Shown one piece after another: positions 50,194 through 58,604 of a stretch of DNA of 64,000 bases (positions are counted from its first letter, which is position 1; every line of letters begins with the position of its first letter). Location: positions 1 to 64,000 of the IMG/VR virus record IMGVR_UViG_3300030060_004020, one strand, 5' to 3'. The notes under the pieces are model-generated. The model worked only from the letters and a program-made list of their open reading frames with translations. It was not told where the DNA came from and made no database searches. Origin of the DNA: an uncultured virus (IMG/VR IMGVR_UViG_3300030060_004020) (lineage: Duplodnaviria > Heunggongvirae > Uroviricota > Caudoviricetes). The position numbers and the translations under genes are program-made.

Positions 50194-50442
50194 CTATTGA
50201 CCCCCTACATTCTCTACCATTTTATGAATATCTTTCCAGTCCATGTTTCCAACATCCTTTAGTGGTGAACCACCGATAGTTCCGTTATTCATCTTGGGAG
50301 TCGGACTATCAACAACAACAAAACCGGACTTCATTAGTAAGTTATCATCATTGTAAACTGCTTTCTCTAAACTCTCTATCTTAGCACTAAGGGCTTTGAT
50401 AATCTCAAGTAGTTCTTCATTAATTGTATTTTCTTCGCTCAT
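50194..50442 (-). CDS. Mini-scaffold-like coiled-coil protein
   Basis: Coiled coil; ends NMDWKDIHKMV like the protease C-terminus. Confidence 0.65.
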   Translation of the reverse strand: MSEENTINEELLEIIKALSAKIESLEKAVYNDDNLLMKSGFVVVDSPTPKMNNGTIGGSPLKDVGNMDWKDIHKMVENVGGQ

Positions 50443-50801
50443 CTCTTTTCCTCCTTTGGTGGATATACTAAATCTCTTAATTGTCTGTAAAGCAACTCAT
50501 AGTCCTTACGAAGTTCCGTAGCCGAAGCAACTATATCTATATTCCGTTCATCCATAGACTTCATTTTCTTTGTAAGTTTCTTATCGGACTTAACTAACTC
50601 TACATCTTTTAATGCAGTAATCAATTCACCTAGTTTTGTAAAGTCCTGTCCAAAAAATTCAGTTGGTTGTGCCGCCTGTAATACTTTCTTTAGACGCTTA
50701 GTTTGTTTCTTATCCAGTGTGTCTAATATATTCTTCTTTACTTTCTCTTCTTTCTTTATGGTAAATTCTTTACCTTCTTCATAATAATCCCATGTCATCA
50801 C
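50439..50801 (-). CDS. Hypothetical head-region protein
   Basis: 120 aa ORF in operon. Confidence 0.6.
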   Translation of the reverse strand: MMTWDYYEEGKEFTIKKEEKVKKNILDTLDKKQTKRLKKVLQAAQPTEFFGQDFTKLGELITALKDVELVKSDKKLTKKMKSMDERNIDIVASATELRKDYELLYRQLRDLVYPPKEEKR

Positions 50802-53800
50802 TTATCACCTTTTTTTCCAATACCCAAAGACTGACTATAAACAGACAATATTCTTTCTAAATATCCCAACGGTTCTGTTTTGTCATCTAATTGTCCTTTT
50901 TCATCTATTTTATTCAAATTATTTTCTAGTGTTTTAAGTTGCTCTATTCTAAAATCTACTACATCTATAAATTGAACTTCTAGTTTATTTGCGGCCTTAA
51001 CTGATTCTTCGTGTTCTTTTTCTAATCTTCTTAACTCTTTTAGATAGTCTCTAAACTCATCAACTGCAAAGGCCGCTAATGTCATTCGACTAAAACCTTC
51101 TTTTTCGGGGTCTAATATTTCTGCTGTTTTTTCTTCTTTTATTTGTCTACCAATATCAAAAGCATCATATAAAGAAACATTTTCTTTCTCTCCTTGTCTT
51201 CCCTCAACCATAGGTATATATTCAAAGGTCAATTGGGACAAGTCTATAAAAGTTTTATTTTTACTAAATGTTTCTATTAAATTATCAATTCCTTTGTTTA
51301 ATTCCTCGATACCTTCATTGTATTTGTCAATAATTCCTTTAGACCTATCTCTAACTTTATCCGTTGAAATATATTCTTCGATTGCTCTTTTTATCTGTTT
51401 TAATGCTCCCTTATACACTCTAGGTTTTCTTAATGGTTGCCCGCCATCAAATACCTCTAGTATAATATCGAAACTAGGGAATAGTTTACTTACAATGCTG
51501 AATACTTCCGAACCTGCTAATGGAATAATATCTTTTGTTAAGGACACGGGTAAACTTACATCCATTCTTAACTTATCTAATGTTTCCTTAGTAGACATTT
51601 CTTTAAGAGCATTAGTAACAGTTACTTCTTTAGGTTTTTTGCTGTAGCCTCCACCTTTGAAATCTCTAACATCAAGTTTATCCATAAATTTTAATTCTTC
51701 TTTTATGGTTGTCAATTTCTTTACAGTATTAGCATCAACAAGCACTTGTTCAAACTTTTTAGTATAGGCTTGCGCTATTTTTGCTATTCTTTTCTTATCT
51801 TTCCCTGCATAGATAGATTCTCTTTCGCCTTCTAATTGCGATATCATATTTTTGAAACTTTCAAACATTTCAGTAAAGTCATCTAGTGCATCAAAAAGAT
51901 TTTCTCCGGTTTCAGCATCTTTTATATTTTTCTTCAAAAATTCAGAAATAGCCTTGTGGTTCTTTTCTGCCCTAGACTTATTTTGTTCGGAAAATTCTTT
52001 CTTCATTGATTGATTAGACTTCATTAATATCCGTAGTTCTTGACGAATCTTATCTAGTAATTTTTGTCCCTCTTTACTTAGAGTTTTCTCCTTTATCTTT
52101 CCCTCTTTAGGGTCAAAATCTTGAAGACCGGCTATTGTCTTTATCTTCTTTTTGATTTGTTCTTCAGTATAATTTAAAATTTGTATTTGTTTAGAGGGTT
52201 TACCGGCCTTCAACTCTTTTTCTAGTTCTTCTGCTCTTTCTATATATCTATCCCAAACCTGTTCTAATACTTCGGGAGTTGTTAGTTTCTCATTATCTTT
52301 TGATTCTATTGAAGGAAAGTAAGAAACATATTTTGGTTTCTCTATTTCTTTGTTATACTTCAAACCCTTTTCATCTAAGGTTATTTTCTTTACCATCGGT
52401 GTAACAGTTTTTGCTCGAACCTTCAAATCTCCTTCAGTGTCTTTTGTATCATTTACAACTATGCTGTCATCTACCATAAATACTCCACGAACTATTCTCA
52501 TCTTAGCAAGTCTTTCTAATACTTTGAATAGTCCTGTGGATGCTTCTTCTTCTGCCTTTATGTATTTATTTACGACAGTCTTTGGTATTCCTATACCTGC
52601 TATCATCATTTTTCTGCGTCTATCTGTTATCTTTTTGAATCTCTTTTCTTTGATACTTCTCAACTTCTTTCTTTTCTTTTTAGTTTCAGTATCTATACCT
52701 TGAACACTCCTTCCTGTAAGTTCCTCAAATGCATCTACAACAGCATTCATTACTTCGCTATCTTTCAAAATACTACTAAGACCATCTATTACTGCTTTTA
52801 GCGTATTAACTCCGGCTTCTCCATCAGCGAGTGGAAATTGTCTAACATCCCACACCCACTTTCCTTTTACTTTCTTAGCATCAAAATACCTAAACATTTC
52901 ACCAGTATCTTGTTTCTTGAATTGTAATTTTTTTCTTTCTGCTTCTCTCATTCTTTTTGAAGCCTCCGATAATGCCCCTTTCCTACCTTGAGGTCTTCTT
53001 CCTCTTATTCTTTCTTTATCAAAGACTTCCCTTCCAAACAACTTTCTTTTAGGGTATTTATCTTCTGGAAGACTAAGCACTTCCGGTTTTGCTTTCGGGG
53101 GTTCTTCTTTTGGCTTCATTTTGTTTAAAACAATATTTATTCCATCCATAATAAATTGAGGATTATCATAATTAGTATTTTTAAACATAGTTCTTAATTT
53201 ATTAGAAGCGGCAGTTTTACCACCTTTCTCTAAGTTTTCTTTTGCCTCTTCAAGATTCTTCAACAAGAAATTAAAAAATTTAGGAGTGCTTTCACTAACT
53301 TCTTGTTCTTTTCTTTCGTCAGCAAACAGTTTGTTATCTACTACTTCCTTTCTGTTTGCTAGCGTATCTATGAAGTCTTGAATTTTCTTTCCTTTTTCGG
53401 GATTTTCTTTCTTTGTTTTGTTAAGAGCAGTAACTAGTTGATTGTATATTTTGATATAAGTGTCTTTTATTTTTCCATATCCTAAAGTATCTTTCATTCC
53501 CTTCGGTTTTTCTTTACCCGACGCTAATCTATTTAGTTGGGTTTTTATCTGTTTATCACTTAACTTCTTTCCTTTGCGCTGTAGCCTAATTGTTTTCTTA
53601 GACATTGTATCTAATACTCTTTTAACTTCGGGATTATCTTTGAGTGTTTCTAATTCTGCTACAGTATCTTTACCGCTATAAATTCCCAACAATCTTTTTG
53701 GGCTTATTGCTTCAAAATCGCTTTCTTCCGGTGAAGTCGGTTGAAAAAAAGGCTTGCCGCTTTTACTTTCACGACGCTTTACTTCCTTTATTCTTTCTTT

Positions 53801-54322
53801 TAATTCTTTAGCCTCCATAATTTGCTTTAGTCGCTTGCTTTCATTATCTGCAACCCAATCGAGTATTTCTTCTTGATATTTTTCCTCTAATTCCGCAAGG
53901 GCTTCTTGTAATTCTTTGTCTTCACGGGATGAAGAGACTCTTTTAAAATCTAATTTTACAGGAAGTTTGTTAAATTTTGCACTTCTTTCTTTAGCCTCTC
54001 TAAATAATGTAACTTTTTCTTTATCACCAACTAAATCTAAAAGTCTTTTCATGGCTAGTTTAGTCTTGTCGTATCTTTTTGTTGCTCTCGATGATTCGCC
54101 AGTCGTCGCTCTTTCCCCTCTTTTGTAATCTAAGTCCGGTAATGCTCCTAATTCCACTAACTTTTTTTCTGCTTTATCTTTTACATCGTTGGCTAATTTA
54201 TCTTTAGGCATATCTTTTTGTGCAACTTTTAGAATAGAATTATCCTGTAACTCTTCTATCAAACACTTCAAAAGAAAATGAAGGTCATCTTCTCTATTGT
54301 GTAAGATAGCCTTCATAAACAT
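50798..54322 (-). CDS. Large Lys/Glu-rich helical protein (putative internal head protein)
   Basis: 1174 aa; between portal and protease. Confidence 0.6.
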   Translation of the reverse strand: MFMKAILHNREDDLHFLLKCLIEELQDNSILKVAQKDMPKDKLANDVKDKAEKKLVELGALPDLDYKRGERATTGESSRATKRYDKTKLAMKRLLDLVGDKEKVTLFREAKERSAKFNKLPVKLDFKRVSSSREDKELQEALAELEEKYQEEILDWVADNESKRLKQIMEAKELKERIKEVKRRESKSGKPFFQPTSPEESDFEAISPKRLLGIYSGKDTVAELETLKDNPEVKRVLDTMSKKTIRLQRKGKKLSDKQIKTQLNRLASGKEKPKGMKDTLGYGKIKDTYIKIYNQLVTALNKTKKENPEKGKKIQDFIDTLANRKEVVDNKLFADERKEQEVSESTPKFFNFLLKNLEEAKENLEKGGKTAASNKLRTMFKNTNYDNPQFIMDGINIVLNKMKPKEEPPKAKPEVLSLPEDKYPKRKLFGREVFDKERIRGRRPQGRKGALSEASKRMREAERKKLQFKKQDTGEMFRYFDAKKVKGKWVWDVRQFPLADGEAGVNTLKAVIDGLSSILKDSEVMNAVVDAFEELTGRSVQGIDTETKKKRKKLRSIKEKRFKKITDRRRKMMIAGIGIPKTVVNKYIKAEEEASTGLFKVLERLAKMRIVRGVFMVDDSIVVNDTKDTEGDLKVRAKTVTPMVKKITLDEKGLKYNKEIEKPKYVSYFPSIESKDNEKLTTPEVLEQVWDRYIERAEELEKELKAGKPSKQIQILNYTEEQIKKKIKTIAGLQDFDPKEGKIKEKTLSKEGQKLLDKIRQELRILMKSNQSMKKEFSEQNKSRAEKNHKAISEFLKKNIKDAETGENLFDALDDFTEMFESFKNMISQLEGERESIYAGKDKKRIAKIAQAYTKKFEQVLVDANTVKKLTTIKEELKFMDKLDVRDFKGGGYSKKPKEVTVTNALKEMSTKETLDKLRMDVSLPVSLTKDIIPLAGSEVFSIVSKLFPSFDIILEVFDGGQPLRKPRVYKGALKQIKRAIEEYISTDKVRDRSKGIIDKYNEGIEELNKGIDNLIETFSKNKTFIDLSQLTFEYIPMVEGRQGEKENVSLYDAFDIGRQIKEEKTAEILDPEKEGFSRMTLAAFAVDEFRDYLKELRRLEKEHEESVKAANKLEVQFIDVVDFRIEQLKTLENNLNKIDEKGQLDDKTEPLGYLERILSVYSQSLGIGKKGDK

Positions 54323-54331
54323 ATTATCGCC

Positions 54332-54559
54332 TCAAAACGGAATATTCTCTTTCTTACCTCTCCTTTTTTGTGGGGGTAAGATAACATCGGGAACATCATT
54401 AGATGCTCTTGTTGCTTTATGAGTTGTGTCCGGTGGTAATCCACCAACAGAAAAATCACGATTCTTCGTAGTCTTTCTAGTTTCATTTGCATTCTGTGTT
54501 CTAACTCTCGCTAATTCTTTCTTTAGTCTAATCTCTTTCTGTCTATTATCTTCTGTCAT
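54332..54559 (-). CDS. Small basic protein
   Basis: 75 aa, coupled to portal. Confidence 0.55.
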   Translation of the reverse strand: MTEDNRQKEIRLKKELARVRTQNANETRKTTKNRDFSVGGLPPDTTHKATRASNDVPDVILPPQKRRGKKENIPF

Positions 54560-56205
54560 TAACCTGTCCTCCTTTCACTTCTTCTATCTACATTTTGATT
54601 ACCTGCGTCTTCCGGTAATCCGCTTAATCTTTTATCCGGCCCAACACTCATAGATGGTTTATTCCTAGTAGCGGGTGGATTTTCTTGTGGCTTACTGCCG
54701 CCACCTTCTGCAAACTGTCTTGTTTGTTCGTCTAAATCTCTTTGGTCTAAATTAGAACCGGCTAATGGGTCTTTTTCCATTTGTCCATCTTCGCCTTGTG
54801 GTTGTTGTTCTTCCGGTTGTGGTTCGGGCTTCTTGTAAGTAAAATTACCATCTTCGTCCATATCAACTTCAAAGCCTAAGTTCTTTATTGATGCCGCAAT
54901 ATTAACTTCAATCTCTTTCTTTCTTAATCCTGCAATCTCATCTTCTTCTTCACTTGGAGGCAACTTTAGTTTCCAATCTGTAATACCAAATTGCTTTACA
55001 AGATAAGGGAATACATATTCATTGTAAACATTTTGAGCCATTTGAACGGCTCTATTAGTAACAAGAATTTGCATACCTTCATTATTCAATCCACCACTTG
55101 TAGTATTATCAGCCATAAAGACTTTGCTTACTCCATAAAACGCTGATATTCTATCTCTTAAATCATCCTTAACAGAAATATAATCCATTTCTTTTAGGCT
55201 ATCCATGAACTTAATCCATTCAACTGCACCCTTTCCACCTTCTGCTTCTATCCCCATAACAGGAATAAAATGAGGGTCTGCTTCCATCTTTTCTTTTACT
55301 CCTCTCCAAAAGGCTCTCATTGAATCCATGTTTCTAGTTTGAACTGCTAGTAATCCTCTCGGCATTCTACTCTTAGTATAGGCTGAATTAACATAATTCT
55401 CCATAGCAATTAAAGTCATAATGTGATTATACAATGTAATCACAGGAGAGAAACCATAAAGTCTTGAAGGACTATATTTACTGAAATGCAATACTTCTCC
55501 TTTAATGAAATACTGTTCATCGCCCTTTGCTCTATTAACATAGTGTATAGGCTTCAAAGGAGAACCACAAGTTTCGCAAGTATCGTGCGGTTCTGTTGAA
55601 ATAACATCTCTATGGTGAACACAAGTAAATCCTTTGTTACCTTTTACGCCATCTTCATCAGCATAGATAAACATAGTAACAGGGTCGCCACGATACACTT
55701 CCTTGACACGGTGCATTCTAATTTTACCATTACCGTCTAAGAAATATTCCTTAACCATAACTATGTATGCGTCATCCATAATATTCAAATCATCCTCTAG
55801 TTCTTTTAAGACATCAATAAACAATTGCTCGGATGAATTTACATATCCCTCTAAAAACTTTTCAGCATATTCTAATTGTTTAACATCGGGTATTTTTAAA
55901 TCAGTAGAGCCACATCTTGAACATTCTTGAACAGGTCTTGTGTGGGTTTTTCCGCAATTATTACACTTTGCTTCAAATGCTTTTTCCCAAACATAACCTC
56001 TCCTGTAGACTTCCTGCTTCAGTTGAGTTATACAAGTTCTAACAATAACTGATTGTTGAACCATAGAGTAGATGATGGGGGCGGTCATCATGTAGTTATT
56101 TTGCCTTTCTTGAATACCCATGTTGTAAATATTCCTGTCGGCAGGTTTTGGTGTAGTACGCCTGAAAAGATTTGTGAAAGAGAACCGTCTTCGTTTTTCT
56201 GCCAT
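54559..56205 (-). CDS. Portal protein with Zn-ribbon inserts
   Basis: EVLHF..YSP..LYGFSPV, MPRGLL, ISAFYGVS; CNNC/CSRC and CVHH/CETC pairs. Confidence 0.88.
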   Translation of the reverse strand: MAEKRRRFSFTNLFRRTTPKPADRNIYNMGIQERQNNYMMTAPIIYSMVQQSVIVRTCITQLKQEVYRRGYVWEKAFEAKCNNCGKTHTRPVQECSRCGSTDLKIPDVKQLEYAEKFLEGYVNSSEQLFIDVLKELEDDLNIMDDAYIVMVKEYFLDGNGKIRMHRVKEVYRGDPVTMFIYADEDGVKGNKGFTCVHHRDVISTEPHDTCETCGSPLKPIHYVNRAKGDEQYFIKGEVLHFSKYSPSRLYGFSPVITLYNHIMTLIAMENYVNSAYTKSRMPRGLLAVQTRNMDSMRAFWRGVKEKMEADPHFIPVMGIEAEGGKGAVEWIKFMDSLKEMDYISVKDDLRDRISAFYGVSKVFMADNTTSGGLNNEGMQILVTNRAVQMAQNVYNEYVFPYLVKQFGITDWKLKLPPSEEEDEIAGLRKKEIEVNIAASIKNLGFEVDMDEDGNFTYKKPEPQPEEQQPQGEDGQMEKDPLAGSNLDQRDLDEQTRQFAEGGGSKPQENPPATRNKPSMSVGPDKRLSGLPEDAGNQNVDRRSERRTG

Positions 56206-56242
56206 AACAACTACCCCCGTTTACTTTGGACTATTCTATCTA

Positions 56243-56482
56243 TTATAGAATCTTCGCAAAGGCTTTCCTCAAAACTCTACGCCAACCACCGCTAATGCTT
56301 TTCTTTCTTTTAGGTTTAGCATCATATTCTTTGGTGCTTTTATTAGCATACAAAGCGGCCATGTATTTCTTTGCTTTTGACTTAGACATGCCATGTTTGT
56401 TCTTTCTTTTATTGGTATCAGTATTAACAACATAGTAGCCGTTCTTTCCGACTCTTAATTCATAGGGCAAAATGTTCACCAC
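56243..56482 (-). CDS. Small basic protein with C-terminal WxxVLxK motif
   Basis: PY...YYVVN...MAALYAN; GGWRRVLRKA. Confidence 0.6.
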   Translation of the reverse strand: MVNILPYELRVGKNGYYVVNTDTNKRKNKHGMSKSKAKKYMAALYANKSTKEYDAKPKRKKSISGGWRRVLRKAFAKIL

Positions 56483-56763
56483 AATTTCTTACATGCTAGA
56501 CATTTAGGTGTTGTGATTCTACCTTTGCATTGGTCACAATTATGTCTTGATTTGAAATTAGCCCTGCGCTTTTTGTTGGTATGAGTTCCGCCTCCTCTAT
56601 TCTTTCCTTTACCTTTGTAATTGCCATATCCTTTAGCACCCGCATGAATCTTTTTTCCTTCATGAGTAAGCATCATAATTTTTTTACCTGCTCTATCGGA
56701 AGGATATACTCGACCTACTCTCATGTCTTTCTTATCTTTTTTACACACATCGAACCAAGTCAT
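56476..56763 (-). CDS. Small basic protein with WxxVxK tag
   Basis: MTWFDVCKK; SDRAGKK...KIHAGAKGY...RRANFKSRHNC. Confidence 0.65.
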   Translation of the reverse strand: MTWFDVCKKDKKDMRVGRVYPSDRAGKKIMMLTHEGKKIHAGAKGYGNYKGKGKNRGGGTHTNKKRRANFKSRHNCDQCKGRITTPKCLACKKLW

Positions 56764-57164
56764 TGTTTACCCCTCATTTGATTTTCTTTAGAACGCTTAT
56801 CGTCTTTTATCGGGCCACCTTTAGCCCATGTTCTACAAGACCTAGCAGAATGACATTTGAAATGGTGCATCCAACAATAACCTAGTTTACCATCATCATC
56901 TAATTCTAACGGCATACATTTTTCCATTCGAGGAGATATATCAAACGCTACACAATTACTACAGTTAGAATCCATAGCGGCATCTACCGATGTATTCCAA
57001 AAGTCTGCAATCTCTTCCCAATACCCTTCGGGCTTCTTTACATTAAGTGGGCCATATTGTATATGTTCTGCTTTTATGGCGGCATTTCTATTCTCAGTGT
57101 TTAACTTCAAATCCTGTGTTGCTCTAGGACATTCTAGTTGTTTAAGAATAATGTGCCAAGTCAT
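56760..57164 (-). CDS. Cys-rich protein with WxxILK tag
   Basis: MTWHIILKQ; CPRATQD, CSNCVAF, GYCWMHHFKCHSARSCRTW. Confidence 0.65.
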   Translation of the reverse strand: MTWHIILKQLECPRATQDLKLNTENRNAAIKAEHIQYGPLNVKKPEGYWEEIADFWNTSVDAAMDSNCSNCVAFDISPRMEKCMPLELDDDGKLGYCWMHHFKCHSARSCRTWAKGGPIKDDKRSKENQMRGKQ

Positions 57165-57168
57165 AAAA

Positions 57169-57585
57169 TCATCTCGGACTATGTGTGTAAATATCTCCAT
57201 CTTTGTGCATGAATATTTTACCTTCTTTTTCTAATTTCTTCAAGGCCGCTTTAATCTCAGTTTCCTTTCCAAATTGTTTTAGGTTTTTCATTCCTAATGC
57301 TCCGCCCTCTTTCTTAATTTCTCTTAAGATTTGACGCTCTAATTTTGCTGTCTTCATTCTAGGACTAATGTTCATGAAGTCTGTCATTTCTTCGGGGTCT
57401 TTACCAAAAATAGATTTCTTAACCTTTCTTCGTTTAAGTTCATCAAAATCTGCAACTGTTATTTTTCCTTTCGGTTTAGCCACATCTAATTCTTTCTGCC
57501 CACCATAAAGCATCTTTTCATCTTCTTTATGAGTTCCACAATGGGCTTTCTCTTCTTCTGTTTTTAGTATATATTTCCAATTCAT
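57169..57585 (-). CDS. Protein with WxxILK tag and C-terminal winged-helix-like region
   Basis: MNWKYILKT; LYGGQKELD; IKAALKKLEKEGKI. Confidence 0.65.
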   Translation of the reverse strand: MNWKYILKTEEEKAHCGTHKEDEKMLYGGQKELDVAKPKGKITVADFDELKRRKVKKSIFGKDPEEMTDFMNISPRMKTAKLERQILREIKKEGGALGMKNLKQFGKETEIKAALKKLEKEGKIFMHKDGDIYTHSPR

Positions 57586-57935
57586 CTTGTAAACGCTCCT
57601 CTACTTCTGCTCTTTGTTTTTTGCTTACTCGCTTCCTTTCTTTGTTTAGCGTAAGTATGTGCCGCTTTTAGCCTTTTCTTAGTATCGGGGTCTTTAGCAT
57701 TTTTAACTGCGGCTCGTAATCTTTGCTCCACTAAATTAATTATTTGTGATTGTCTTTTATGAGACTTAGATTTGAATGCACTACTACTAAATGTTTCTTG
57801 AACATCTTTTCTTGTTTTAAATTTTACAGGAACAGTATCTTTTGGGTTTTCATCTGTGTATAATCTTCTTGCTGAACCTTTTGGTTTTTTACCCGTTCCC
57901 TTTTTCGGGTCAGTCTTTAAGATATTTTGCCACAT
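57582..57935 (-). CDS. Basic protein with WxxILK tag
   Basis: MWQNILKT; GTGKKPKGSARRLYTDENPKDTV. Confidence 0.65.
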   Translation of the reverse strand: MWQNILKTDPKKGTGKKPKGSARRLYTDENPKDTVPVKFKTRKDVQETFSSSAFKSKSHKRQSQIINLVEQRLRAAVKNAKDPDTKKRLKAAHTYAKQRKEASKQKTKSRSRGAFTR

Positions 57936-57940
57936 AATAA

Positions 57941-58249
57941 TCACTTTTGACTAAACTTTTTTCCTGTCGGAACATGCTGAATACCTTTCTTACGACCCTT
58001 TCTTTTCTTAGCGTCTTGATACCTTAGAGTTTTTTTATCTGTTCTTTGATAAGTTGCTCTCGGCATATATCTTCCTTTAGTTCTTGACTTAGGCTTCTTT
58101 CCTTTTGCTTTCGCTCTATGCTGTTCGGCACTTCCCCAATCTTCTTGTGTCCATTGGGTTAAATCCTGTTGCCTTTTTGATTTGGCTTTTAGGATATTCC
58201 ACCATCTAATTACGATAGCCGCCACCTGCCGCTTTATATCTTCTAGCAA
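57941..58249 (-). CDS. Basic protein with WxxILK tag (start uncertain)
   Basis: IRWWNILKA; WTQEDW...GRYMP. Confidence 0.55.
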   Translation of the reverse strand: MLEDIKRQVAAIVIRWWNILKAKSKRQQDLTQWTQEDWGSAEQHRAKAKGKKPKSRTKGRYMPRATYQRTDKKTLRYQDAKKRKGRKKGIQHVPTGKKFSQK

Positions 58250-58457
58250 CTATCTGTGCTTTTCTAGCCGACCATTGACCTGCCGCCCCTCCTTTGCTTC
58301 CTCTTTTAACTTCATTGAATATTCTTCTACGAAGTGCAGGTTTAGTATAATTACCCGCTTGATTTACTGTTGATTTTCTCTTAGGCTTTTTTCTTTTTTT
58401 ACGGGCTTTCTTGCCTCTTCTACCGGATTTTCTTTTCAAAATTTCTTGCCAACTCAT
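58206..58457 (-). CDS. Basic protein with WxxILK tag (DUF5872-like N-half)
   Basis: MSWQEILKR; NYTKP...GQWSARKAQ...YKAAGGGY. Confidence 0.65.
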   Translation of the reverse strand: MSWQEILKRKSGRRGKKARKKRKKPKRKSTVNQAGNYTKPALRRRIFNEVKRGSKGGAAGQWSARKAQIVARRYKAAGGGYRN

Positions 58458-58600
58458 ACTTTCATCCCCTTTGGTTTACCCGCTTGCTCCCAACACTTTC
58501 TACAAAATCCAAATGGGTGAACATCTTTAACAGTAAAACATCTACCACAATACTTGAATTGTAGTTTCTGTTTACTAATTACCCATTCTTTTGTATTCAT
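58454..58600 (-). CDS. Small Zn-finger protein, 48 aa
   Basis: Hand-translated YCGRC...FCRKCW; ATGA overlap. Confidence 0.55.
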   Translation of the reverse strand: MNTKEWVISKQKLQFKYCGRCFTVKDVHPFGFCRKCWEQAGKPKGMKV

Positions 58601-58604
58601 ATTA

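Noticed and set aside
50439..50801. MMTWDYYEE as another WxxILK tag
   Set aside because: Has M-T-W but lacks the aliphatic pair and Lys
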